Source: Candidatus Saccharimonadota bacterium (GTDB taxonomy: Bacteria; Patescibacteriota; Saccharimonadia; Saccharimonadales; Saccharimonadaceae). From it: DNA of 64,000 nt. Below the pieces are notes generated by a model. It saw only the letters and a list, made by a program, of their open reading frames with translations, did no database searches and was not told the DNA's origin. Made by a program: the position numbers and the translations under genes. The stretch lies in NCBI GenBank assembly GCA_017524405.1, contig JAFWSJ010000014.1:65623-129622 (forward strand). Reading direction: 5' to 3'. Of the stretch, positions 18,483 to 26,991 are shown one piece after another. Positions within the stretch are counted from its first letter, which is position 1; each line of letters starts with the position of its first letter.

Positions 18483-18503
18483 CCCTTTTTAGTTCTACCG
18501 CAG

Positions 18504-18533
18504 CAAAAATCCCGCCGTTATACCACGACGGGA
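18504..18533 (-). terminator. intrinsic terminator after the 18545-19171 gene
   Basis: Minus strand reads ATCCCGTCGT-GGTATA-ACGGCGGGAT (1 mismatch) followed by TTTTT. Confidence 0.65.
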
Positions 18534-18544
18534 TTATAAGAGGC

Positions 18545-19171
18545 CTAACTAGCCGCAGCTCTACGAAACGCCTTACCCGGCATATCAGGGTCAGGAATCT
18601 CGGGATCCATGCCGACATCAACTAAGACGATAATGTCGTCCTCCATCAATTCGTTAAGAACCCGATCGACTTTTTTCGGGTCCGTAATGCCGATTTTTGC
18701 TGCCTGCGCATAAAGCATTGGCTTCGTAAAATAGCCAGTATTCTCGAGGATAAGATAGCGAAGCGCTGCCACAAATGTCCCCTCCGACTTATCAGGCGGC
18801 ATTCCATGAAGAATGCCCCGAATGACGTCGTCGACGAGCTCAGACGCGACAGTTTCGGATCTCAGGTGCTTCTGATCTACCACGGATGCATGGACCTTAA
18901 TCGCATACTCATTGTCTCCAATCATTATGCGCGTCGACCGACAGCCATGTTGGTCCAGCAGATATCCTAGCCTCGCATACAGCGTATAGCTATGCTCTTT
19001 CTTGGGGTTAGGACCTTCAACGGAAACATCAATGCTACCCCTGACGTCCTTTTCGTTATAGTATTCTGCGAATACTTTATCAATTGCATTATCGACGACT
19101 TTGTCGATAGCTTTCAGCCCTCCGCCTTCCGGCGGCGTAACAGGTGTTTTCTTGATGTCTTTCTGTTCCAC
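18545..19171 (-). CDS. hypothetical protein
   Basis: 208 aa with a GTG start after AGAGAGG. No motif I recognise. Confidence 0.55.
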   Translation of the reverse strand: MEQKDIKKTPVTPPEGGGLKAIDKVVDNAIDKVFAEYYNEKDVRGSIDVSVEGPNPKKEHSYTLYARLGYLLDQHGCRSTRIMIGDNEYAIKVHASVVDQKHLRSETVASELVDDVIRGILHGMPPDKSEGTFVAALRYLILENTGYFTKPMLYAQAAKIGITDPKKVDRVLNELMEDDIIVLVDVGMDPEIPDPDMPGKAFRRAAAS

Positions 19172-19249
19172 GTTGATACCTCTCTTTCAAAGAACTTTGC
19201 GTTTTTTGTACAATCTGGCCTCATTATATCAGATTTCGGGCCTTTCCCC

Positions 19250-19278
19250 TTGACAATTTATACCGCTTATGCTATAGC
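19250..19278 (+). promoter_or_regulatory. orphan consensus-like promoter facing the 3' end of rpsG
   Basis: TTGACA-N17-TATAGC with TGC before the -10. No + strand ORF downstream. A terminator hairpin starts about 14 nt after the -10. Confidence 0.45.
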
Positions 19279-19291
19279 TAGCCAACAAAAA

Positions 19292-19324
19292 GACCCAGCT
19301 CCAAATTGGAACTGGGTCATTTTT
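19292..19324. terminator. bidirectional terminator hairpin downstream of rpsG
   Basis: AAAAA-GACCCAGCTCCAAATTGGAACTGGGTC-ATTTTT. Confidence 0.7.
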
Positions 19325-19337
19325 ATTGCGGGATCGA

Positions 19338-19817
19338 TTAGCCGCGGGCAAAATGCGCGAAGGCGCGGTTTGCCTCTGCCATGCGATGGCAATCTTCCTT
19401 CTTCTTGAAGGCTTTGCCAGCCTGGTTGTAAGCATCGACAATCTCGGCCTCGAGGCGCTTGGCATATGGCATGCCGGAGCGTTCGCGGGAAGCCTGGACC
19501 AACCAGCTCATTGCGAAATGCAACTGGCGATGGCCAGCGATTGGGAATGGAATCTGGTAGTTAGCACCACCAACACGGCGGGACTTAACTTCGAAATCTG
19601 GGCTAATATTCTTGATAGCGGTCTCGAGTACCTCAACTGGATTCTCGCTCTTGAGCTTCTTTGCAGCGCCCTCGATTGCGTCGTAAACGGCGCGCTCGGC
19701 GACCTGCTTCTTGCCGTTGAGCATAGATTTGTTAATGAGGCGCTGAACGAGTACGCTCTGGTACTTGCGATCTGGAGAGACCTTGCGCTGAAGGCTAGCA
19801 GTTACTTTACGTGGCAT
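19338..19817 (-). CDS. rpsG: 30S ribosomal protein S7
   Basis: 159 aa. PRKVTASLQRKVSPD, LINKSMLNGKK. Confidence 0.97.
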   Translation of the reverse strand: MPRKVTASLQRKVSPDRKYQSVLVQRLINKSMLNGKKQVAERAVYDAIEGAAKKLKSENPVEVLETAIKNISPDFEVKSRRVGGANYQIPFPIAGHRQLHFAMSWLVQASRERSGMPYAKRLEAEIVDAYNQAGKAFKKKEDCHRMAEANRAFAHFARG

Positions 19818-19819
19818 AA

Positions 19820-20233
19820 TTACTTATCCTCCTTCTTAGCGCCGTACTTAGAACGACCCTGCTTGCGACCCTGGACGCCCTGAAGATCGAGCGTACCGCG
19901 GACGATATGATAGCGGACACCCGGAAGATCTGGAACACGACCACCACGGACGAGCACAACTGCGTGCTCCTGGAGGTTGTGGCCTTCACCACCGATGTAT
20001 GCCCAAACTTCCTGGCCATTGGTAAGGCGCACACGTGCGACCTTGCGGAGAGCGGAGTTTGGTTTCTTTGGAGTCTTGGTAGTAACCTTGACACAGACGC
20101 CGCGCTTGAGCGGAGCAGCCTGCTTGTAATAACGAGTCTTGAGCGTATTCACGATGGAGCCGAGTGCCGGAGCTTTGCTCTTCTTGGCAGCGACTTTGCG
20201 TGGCTTACGCACTAATTGATTGATTGTAGGCAC
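19820..20233 (-). CDS. rpsL: 30S ribosomal protein S12
   Basis: 137 aa with a GTG start. [29 protein letters not shown]. Confidence 0.98.
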   Translation of the reverse strand: MPTINQLVRKPRKVAAKKSKAPALGSIVNTLKTRYYKQAAPLKRGVCVKVTTKTPKKPNSALRKVARVRLTNGQEVWAYIGGEGHNLQEHAVVLVRGGRVPDLPGVRYHIVRGTLDLQGVQGRKQGRSKYGAKKEDK

Positions 20234-20322
20234 AAAAAATCCTTTATTTAATAATTGATATTGCTGATAAAGCTCTAATTGTCCAGCATTAACAAAGAGA
20301 GCTTACGAAACTCTTGGGGTAG

Positions 20323-20351
20323 ATTATAGCAAAGATGTTGTTTTTTTGCAA
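20323..20351 (-). promoter_or_regulatory. promoter of rpsL-rpsG
   Basis: Minus strand reads TTGCAA-N17-TATAAT with TGC before the -10, about 90 nt upstream of the rpsL GTG. Confidence 0.65.
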
Positions 20352-20357
20352 GATTTT

Positions 20358-21359
20358 TTATTCATCCGCAATCTGGAATTTGCCGGAGATCGAGTAGACG
20401 CCGAGCTCGTTATTAGTATAGAGGTCTTTCATGTCGGCGCCGATTGTTTGGTGCATCGTGATACCATTTACTCCATCAACCTGGAATGGGTCGAAGTCTA
20501 GCTTATATCTGGCATTAATCGAGCTGTCAAAAGTCCTAGCCAGCGCACCTTTCGTGCCCGCAACGACTTTGCCGTCCTTATCGTAAAGCGCAAAGGTGAG
20601 CGTAGCGGCCCGAATTGGTTTTTCTCCGGTATAGCCGATTTTCGACGGCATGAGGACGCGATAGCCGCCACTAATAGGCTCAAATTTGATCTCGCCATAT
20701 TGGATACCAAACGCACTGACGACCGGCTCAAGAATATCTCTGCGACAGCGCTCAATCGAAGCTGTGGCCTTAGTATAGTTACCGCTGATGCGCGAATACT
20801 CGTCGTTCGCCTCGACATAATCGTCTTTGTCGTCTCCGCGGTGGCTAAGAAGCACGAATTCGCGCGTATCGATGCCGAAACGGCGGAGGCAGTTATGGCT
20901 CGCTGTGACGATTTCTTCGTCGCCAGGATAAATATCTGCCGCTGTCGGCTTACCACTCAGGCCATAGACACTATAGCTATACTCCGTAAATGCTTCGTTG
21001 TAGGCCTTCTCGTTCTCTGAGAGGAACGAGAGGGTCTGTTCATAGGTCTCACGGCTTCGCTCGCGGAAGTTATGACGATCGATTTGATCGATAAGGATAA
21101 AAACGCCTGCGACCACGGCAATTGTGCCGAGAACTAACCCGACGATAATGCGATTGCGCTTATATCGTAGCTGGACCGGATCAACCGATGTCTTGCCAGC
21201 AACATCTACCGCCTCGGCGCCAACAGCGGCGTCCTGGGCTTTCGTAGTGTTTGCTGCCGTACTTTCCGGCGCAATCTGAATATCTCCAGGCATTTCCTCT
21301 GGCTCTTTGCCGAGGTAGCCATCGATGTCGAAGATTTTTTCCGGTTTTTCGCTATCCAT
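20358..21359 (-). CDS. hypothetical single-pass membrane protein with a large C-terminal domain
   Basis: 333 aa. One hydrophobic helix (IIVGLVLGTIAVVAGVFILI) after a roughly 65-aa N-terminal region. Confidence 0.6.
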   Translation of the reverse strand: MDSEKPEKIFDIDGYLGKEPEEMPGDIQIAPESTAANTTKAQDAAVGAEAVDVAGKTSVDPVQLRYKRNRIIVGLVLGTIAVVAGVFILIDQIDRHNFRERSRETYEQTLSFLSENEKAYNEAFTEYSYSVYGLSGKPTAADIYPGDEEIVTASHNCLRRFGIDTREFVLLSHRGDDKDDYVEANDEYSRISGNYTKATASIERCRRDILEPVVSAFGIQYGEIKFEPISGGYRVLMPSKIGYTGEKPIRAATLTFALYDKDGKVVAGTKGALARTFDSSINARYKLDFDPFQVDGVNGITMHQTIGADMKDLYTNNELGVYSISGKFQIADE

Positions 21360-21375
21360 TACTAATATTTTAGCA
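21357..21375 (-). promoter_or_regulatory. extended -10 box 7 nt from the ATG (predicted leaderless)
   Basis: Minus strand reads TGCTAAAAT-ATTAGTA-ATG with no SD. Confidence 0.55.
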
Positions 21376-21395
21376 TAAGAAAAATGGAGGGGCGG

Positions 21396-21827
21396 CTACA
21401 AGCGCAGCCGCGCCTCCTTCGGGTGGTTTTTGAAGTACGCTAATTGGTCACGAAGTTGGTCAGAAATCCACCAGCAGTCCTTATGGTTGCTGTCATAAGG
21501 AATATGATAAATCAGCCAGCTAAGGTAATCCTCAGGGGCTAGATTTCCATCCAGCTTGGTGGCCTTTTCGGCCTTGAACGCTTCAATTAGCTTTTCTAAG
21601 GTGCTCTCGTCCGGCAAATAATCCGGACCAATCTGAATTTGCGCAATCGAGATACCGTGCTTGTTGTCTAACTCCTGGTGGAGATCGGCATGGAAGAACT
21701 TCGGCGTCTCTACAACAAAGAAATCCCTCAAGATTATGATGTCTTTTACTTTGCAGTTGGTATACGCAGTTTCGGGGTACAACAGATGATGCTTGTTGAC
21801 GTTAGGATTAGTTGTTATCAACGCCAT
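21396..21827 (-). CDS. hypothetical protein (weak His-Me/HNH-like pattern)
   Basis: 143 aa. Strong SD AAGGAGGTGA and TGTATAAT upstream. KHHLLYP ... N ... FHADLH pattern only. Confidence 0.5.
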   Translation of the reverse strand: MALITTNPNVNKHHLLYPETAYTNCKVKDIIILRDFFVVETPKFFHADLHQELDNKHGISIAQIQIGPDYLPDESTLEKLIEAFKAEKATKLDGNLAPEDYLSWLIYHIPYDSNHKDCWWISDQLRDQLAYFKNHPKEARLRL

Positions 21828-21893
21828 CCGTCCTCACCTCCTTTGCAAGTAGGATAATTCCATTATACACCCCTTAAAATGCTCATGCTTCTA

Positions 21894-21922
21894 TTGACTT
21901 TTTATCTGTTCTGTGCTATAAT
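21894..21922 (+). promoter_or_regulatory. consensus promoter for the PurA-like gene
   Basis: TTGACT-N17-TATAAT with TGC before the -10. Confidence 0.7.
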
Positions 21923-21979
21923 TAGAAGGTTACGTATGTAATGTTCCCTAAAAATCTATCGCACAGGAGGTACATTTCA

Positions 21980-23416
21980 ATGATTATTGAACCAATCAGT
22001 ATGGCGCCAGGAGTTCACGCAGTAGGAATTACTCTCTACTGCTTATATAAACAATTCTTGGAAGCCAACAAAAAGAAACCCCTGGTTTCAATCAAAGCCG
22101 GCGCAGGCTCTAATCCGCGTAAAATTCGAGTTAGAGATAAGCGCATCGAGCTTGCTCATCTCGGCTGCGGAACATCACTTGGCATCCCGACACACTTTTC
22201 TGCGAAGATGATTATCTCGCCGGAAAAGTTGATCGATGAAGTCAACATGATGTACAGGCTCAATCTGGTCGACGACCCCTGGTCTAAGATCACTTGCGAC
22301 CCCGACGCCATAATCGTCACAGATTACCACAAAGCGTGGTCGCAGATTTTCGAGATGATGTCAGATGAGACGCGCGGCACTTGCGGAAGCGGAGCAGGCA
22401 GAGCTTATTACTTTGCCGAGCTTGCCCCCGAAAGAGCAATCTACGCACGAGACCTGACAGATCTCAAGGTTGTCAAAGAAAAGCTTGCTTTTCTTAGAGA
22501 CCATGTCAGAGACGCTGTCAGAAACCTGTCGGCAAAACCAGACCTTAGCGACGACGATCGCTATCGCTTTACTGAGCTCCAGGCCATCGTCGAAGACATT
22601 GGCAACAAGCGTTTCGATCTGATGGCGAATCAGTTCTTCGTACTTGGCAGAAGACTCGAACTTTGCACGACAAAGGAGATTCTCGACCGGTATGAAGGAA
22701 ATGCTGTCGTCGAATTCTCTCATGGCGTCCTTTCGGATGCCGAGAAAGGGTTCAAGCCTTATGTCAGCAAGATGCGCACTCTCCCCCAGTTATTCGATAA
22801 GTATCTGAGAGAAATCGGATATAAGGGAAAGATCCAGCGTATTGCTGTCGTCTGTGCGTACGATTATCGCCACGGTCCTGGACCGATGCCTACCTACGAG
22901 CCTGCGCTTCGCGCTCTGCTCGGGATTGCACCGACCCCCGAAGAGGACCGTTGGCGCGGTCCGATCCGTTGCGGAAATCTCGACATCATGCAGGTCCGGT
23001 ATGCAATTCGTTGCTGCGGCGGCGTCAAGAAATTTGACGGCGTATGGCTGACCTGTTTCGACCAGATCCTGTCTTCTTCGGTCAAGAAACCCTACATTGA
23101 CACGAAATTAGACAAGGAAACTGGCGAGAGAACGCTAGATTGCCTACAGACGTGGCCGATTTGCGTTGGCTATCTCAAAGACAACGGCACAAAGTATTCG
23201 GTCCACCGTCCCGGGAAGGATGTGCTCACTACTGAGTTCATGCAGCACGTAGTGCCGATTACTCATCACTATTGTCTTCCCGACCAGACTACGTTCAAGG
23301 ACAACAAGGCCGCAATTTATGATTTCCTTGCGCCAATTATCGAGGAACTCATCGGGCTGCCGCTCAAGGCCGTATCTTACGGTACGAGCGAAAAACGGAA
23401 AATTTGGAAGAAGTAA
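21980..23416 (+). CDS. adenylosuccinate-synthetase-fold protein lacking canonical catalytic motifs
   Basis: ATG 21980 lies 9 nt after AGGAGG. Colinear with PurA blocks (TRGTCGSGAGRAYY, VVEFSHGVLSD..KPYVS, VVCAYDYRHGPGPMPT, IIEELIGLPLKAVSYGTS), but there is no GDEGKGK P-loop. Confidence 0.6.
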   Translation: MIIEPISMAPGVHAVGITLYCLYKQFLEANKKKPLVSIKAGAGSNPRKIRVRDKRIELAHLGCGTSLGIPTHFSAKMIISPEKLIDEVNMMYRLNLVDDPWSKITCDPDAIIVTDYHKAWSQIFEMMSDETRGTCGSGAGRAYYFAELAPERAIYARDLTDLKVVKEKLAFLRDHVRDAVRNLSAKPDLSDDDRYRFTELQAIVEDIGNKRFDLMANQFFVLGRRLELCTTKEILDRYEGNAVVEFSHGVLSDAEKGFKPYVSKMRTLPQLFDKYLREIGYKGKIQRIAVVCAYDYRHGPGPMPTYEPALRALLGIAPTPEEDRWRGPIRCGNLDIMQVRYAIRCCGGVKKFDGVWLTCFDQILSSSVKKPYIDTKLDKETGERTLDCLQTWPICVGYLKDNGTKYSVHRPGKDVLTTEFMQHVVPITHHYCLPDQTTFKDNKAAIYDFLAPIIEELIGLPLKAVSYGTSEKRKIWKK

Positions 23417-23454
23417 TTCTTCCAGCTGGAGGTCAGCAATGGCCTCCTTTTTCA

Positions 23455-23472
23455 TGCTAAAATTTAGGCATG
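23455..23472 (+). promoter_or_regulatory. extended -10 box 6 nt from the ATG (predicted leaderless ABC-F mRNA)
   Basis: TGCTAAAAT-TTAGGC-ATG. Confidence 0.55.
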
Positions 23473-25113
23473 AAAGGCGAGCATCTCTCTCTAGCTTTTG
23501 GCGGCCAGAAACTCTACGACGATTGTAGTTTTAATTTTGAAGCCACAGATAAGGTAGGGATCGTGGGCGTGAATGGCGCCGGCAAGTCTACGCTCATCAA
23601 GGTGCTGCTCGGCTTCGAGCAACTCGACGAGGGCGAGATTACGCTGCCAAGCATGCGCGTCGCCTACCTGCCGCAGGAGATTCGCATCGATTCCGATCAG
23701 GACAATGTGACGGTTTGGGATTATATCGCCGACGGCCGCCCCGTCGATTCCCTGCAAGGGCAGCTTAGCGTTGAATACGAAAAACTCGCAAAATATCCCG
23801 AGAGTCAGGCCATTCTCGAGCGCATCAACCGTTTGCAAGATTTGATTGATTCCTACGATATCGCGAATTTTGACTATGAACTAATGAAAATCGTCGAGCG
23901 CATGGGCTTGTCCGATTTGATTGATTCTCCGATGAAACAGCTTTCCGGTGGCCAGAAGTCCAAGGTTGCCTTCGCGAAGGTACTATTTGAGAATGCCGGG
24001 CTTCTCATGCTCGACGAGCCGACCAACCACCTCGACGCCTCGACCAAGGAATTCGTCGCGAATTACCTACGTAATTACAAGGGTATGGTCCTTGTTATTT
24101 CGCACGATGTTCCCTTCCTCGATACCGTCACGAATAAGACACTTTTTTTAAACAAAACTACGCATAAAATGAACACCTACCACGGCAACTACACGGCCTT
24201 CCGCCGCCAGTACGCTGCCGAGATGGCCGACCAAGATAAGCGCGTGACCGAGCAAGAGCGCGAGATTCGCCGCCTTCGCGAATTCGTGGAACGCGCCAGG
24301 AATGCCAAGCGCAGCAACACGGCCCTCATCAAGCAGGGGCATGTCCGCGAGAAGGTTCTCGATAAGAAGCTCGCTGAGCTCGAAACCCGCGAGCAGGAAT
24401 ACAAAAAGGTCGAGATTAACGTTTCGCCAGCAAAGCAGTCCGGCAAGACGCCGCTCGAGCTCCAAAATCTTACGTTCTCTTATCCTGGTGCCGATCCAAT
24501 GTATGATAAGCTGTCATTCCAGTTAACTCGCGGTGAGAAGTTTCTGATTGTCGGCGAGAACGGCATCGGCAAGTCTACACTCCTCAAGCTCATCGTCGGC
24601 CAGCTCTATCCGGACGAGGGCTCGATTATCTTTAGCCAGAATACGACTACCGCTTACTATGCGCAGGAGCTCGAGATTCTCGACGAGCATCGCTCCGTGC
24701 TCGAGAATGTCCGCAATTATGACTTTACCGATACCGATATGCGCGGAATCCTCTCGAATTTCCTTTTCCAGGGCGATGATGTCAATAAACCAGTCTCCGT
24801 GTTGTCTCCTGGCGAGAAGGCCCGCGTGGCGCTCTGCAAGATTCTTTCGGAGCGCGCGAATCTCATCATTCTTGATGAGCCGACCAACCATTTCGATCCA
24901 GAGACCCAGAAGATTATTGGCGAAAATTTCCGTGATTACGACGGCACGCTCGTAATGGTTAGCCACAACCCGGCCTTCGTGGAGCAAATCGGCATTACGC
25001 GCATGCTGATTTTGCCTTCGCACGAGCCCGGCAAGCCTCTAGTGCCGGTTATTAAGAACTACTCCCGAGAGCTGCTCGAATACTATTACTACCTCAACTC
25101 CGACCTCGTTTAG
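23470..25113 (+). CDS. ABC-F family ATPase (two ABC domains, no TM domain)
   Basis: 547 aa. Walker A GVNGAGKST and GENGIGKST, signatures LSGGQKSKV and LSPGEKARV, and a charged interdomain linker. Confidence 0.92.
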   Translation: MKGEHLSLAFGGQKLYDDCSFNFEATDKVGIVGVNGAGKSTLIKVLLGFEQLDEGEITLPSMRVAYLPQEIRIDSDQDNVTVWDYIADGRPVDSLQGQLSVEYEKLAKYPESQAILERINRLQDLIDSYDIANFDYELMKIVERMGLSDLIDSPMKQLSGGQKSKVAFAKVLFENAGLLMLDEPTNHLDASTKEFVANYLRNYKGMVLVISHDVPFLDTVTNKTLFLNKTTHKMNTYHGNYTAFRRQYAAEMADQDKRVTEQEREIRRLREFVERARNAKRSNTALIKQGHVREKVLDKKLAELETREQEYKKVEINVSPAKQSGKTPLELQNLTFSYPGADPMYDKLSFQLTRGEKFLIVGENGIGKSTLLKLIVGQLYPDEGSIIFSQNTTTAYYAQELEILDEHRSVLENVRNYDFTDTDMRGILSNFLFQGDDVNKPVSVLSPGEKARVALCKILSERANLIILDEPTNHFDPETQKIIGENFRDYDGTLVMVSHNPAFVEQIGITRMLILPSHEPGKPLVPVIKNYSRELLEYYYYLNSDLV

Positions 25114-25201
25114 TCTGAGCCGTGTTATAATTCGTCTATCTCGGCAACATTTTCTAGCCCCATGAGAAGGAGGTTGGTCGAGGCTAGCGACCAAGCACAT
25201 T

Positions 25202-25732
25202 ATGAGTATACAGAGAAAAATCGCCCGCCGCATCAAGTCTCGGTACCCTGTTTCGATTCCGCGAGAAGAGCTAGATCACAAGGGTATCCTCGTGGTCAAT
25301 AGTGCTTTTGCGCTATCGATTTATGCCACAATCGTCGCCATAATCTTGCTACTAGCAGCAGACACTGGCCAGATAATTGCGACTAAGCCGGTAGCCTTCG
25401 TGCTGCTCTTGAGCGCTCTCCCGTGCGTAATCCCGAAGATTATCGTCGCCCACACGAAACTAGACGAAGACAACCCCTCCGAGTGCACGAGGGATATTCT
25501 TCGACTCAAGATGATCTTCGCTGCAATGTCGATGGTCGCATCGCTCGTATGGTCGATCAATCTACTTGGGCTCATGCTTACGGCCGCCGAATTTCGCAGC
25601 AACATCTACGCAATTCTCTCGGTCGCAGTATTGATAATTGGCGTAATCATTGCGCTGGTAGACATATCGCTAATCGTGATCGAAAACCGGAAATTCAAAA
25701 GAAAGCAGAGGCGCGTAGTAGGTTGGGAATGA
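25202..25732 (+). CDS. hypothetical multi-pass membrane protein
   Basis: 176 aa with about four hydrophobic helices. TGTTATAAT at 25128-25136. Confidence 0.55.
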   Translation: MSIQRKIARRIKSRYPVSIPREELDHKGILVVNSAFALSIYATIVAIILLLAADTGQIIATKPVAFVLLLSALPCVIPKIIVAHTKLDEDNPSECTRDILRLKMIFAAMSMVASLVWSINLLGLMLTAAEFRSNIYAILSVAVLIIGVIIALVDISLIVIENRKFKRKQRRVVGWE

Positions 25733-25789
25733 TTTTCTAGAAATCCTCGGTTTTAATACCGGGGATTTTTGTTGGCATAAGCTATTCCG

Positions 25790-25806
25790 TGTATAATAAG
25801 CTTATG
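25790..25806 (+). promoter_or_regulatory. extended -10 box 6 nt from the ATG (predicted leaderless)
   Basis: TGTATAAT-AAGCTT-ATG. Confidence 0.55.
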
Positions 25807-26991
25807 ATTAAGGTCAAAAAGCTTCGTCTCGGTTTTAGCCTGAGCGTCCTAGCGCTTCTCCTAGCTTCTTCTTTTGTTATTTCCTTGCCGAAACAGGCGC
25901 ATGCCTCATCGATGGTCTGTAAATGTACTAATACCTACTCTGACGGCACCGTAAAGGAAGAAAACGGCGCGAGCGTCACCATATTCGGCGACGAAAACGG
26001 CTGCTATTGCGGGGGCACCGACGGCGCAATTAATCTCATCGTTAGCATTTTTACTGGGACCTTAGTGGTGGCTGGCACGGTCGGAATCGTCATCGTCGGC
26101 CTCATGTTCTTGACCGCCCGCGACAACGAAGAGCAAGTCACGAAGGCAAAGAAAAGACTCGCGCAAGTCGTCGTCGGCATAATTGCCTTTGCTCTCATTG
26201 ACGCTATCGCCAATCTCCTCATTCCGGGTGGCCTAGCCAATCGGAAGCCTCTCGTCGCCAGTTCGGAATCGAGCCTCGAAGAGGTCGAGGACCCCGAGCT
26301 AGAGCTAGCCGAAGACAAAAAGCGCCCTTCTGGGCTTCCGCCGACCATGCATACTTACGATAATGACGGCCAATCCTCGTCGAGCACTGGCTGCCTAGAT
26401 GGGGCCAAAAAGACGAGCTCCGCAAAATTCTACTGGCAATTTAACAAAGATGTCGGAAATATTATCTGGAAGGGTGGCACCTGTCAGGGTTCAAGCAAAA
26501 ACTGGAAGCCGAACTCGAAGATCGGCGCCTCCGGCTGCCCGATGATGGCCTCACTTAACGCAATCAACAAGGTCACGGGTTGCGGCTACACGCCAAAAAT
26601 GTTCGCAGAGCATATGAAGAAGTACACCAATAACTTCAAGGATCGAAAGGGCCTATTCTCGAGCAATAGTTGCTGGTCGAATACCGGCGCCCCTATCGTA
26701 AAACACTACATGAAGGCGTATAAGGTACACCACAAAGAGTTGAGCGGCTCGAAGCAACAGAAGAAAGAAAAGGCAAAAGAAGCCCTCCTGAAACAGCATG
26801 TCGTCATCGTCAGTGGCAAAGGCGACGATATCTTCGGCACTAACGCAGGCCATTTCGTCCTATTCTCGACCTATAAGTCTTCCTCAAATACCGTCACAAT
26901 TATTAATCCGTCCCAGGGCGGCCTCAGAATTGATAAAAATCTAGACACGGCAGTCAAGCACGCTAAGAGGTTCATCGAAGTATGGAACTAA
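25804..26991 (+). CDS. secreted T4SS-pilin-like (TrbC/VirB2-type) domain fused to a papain-like cysteine peptidase domain
   Basis: Starting at ATG 25804 gives a classic signal peptide (MIKVKKLRLGF...AHA/SS). This is followed by a Cys-rich stretch, two TM helices flanking NEEQVTKAKKRL, an acidic linker, and GASGCPMMASL ... AGHFVLF (Cys/His). Confidence 0.6.
   Translation: MIKVKKLRLGFSLSVLALLLASSFVISLPKQAHASSMVCKCTNTYSDGTVKEENGASVTIFGDENGCYCGGTDGAINLIVSIFTGTLVVAGTVGIVIVGLMFLTARDNEEQVTKAKKRLAQVVVGIIAFALIDAIANLLIPGGLANRKPLVASSESSLEEVEDPELELAEDKKRPSGLPPTMHTYDNDGQSSSSTGCLDGAKKTSSAKFYWQFNKDVGNIIWKGGTCQGSSKNWKPNSKIGASGCPMMASLNAINKVTGCGYTPKMFAEHMKKYTNNFKDRKGLFSSNSCWSNTGAPIVKHYMKAYKVHHKELSGSKQQKKEKAKEALLKQHVVIVSGKGDDIFGTNAGHFVLFSTYKSSSNTVTIINPSQGGLRIDKNLDTAVKHAKRFIEVWN

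Noticed and set aside
24523-25023. 166-aa minus-strand ORF (and similar ORFs at 23491-23838 and 24148-24465)
   Set aside because: These are antisense to the well-supported ABC-F gene.
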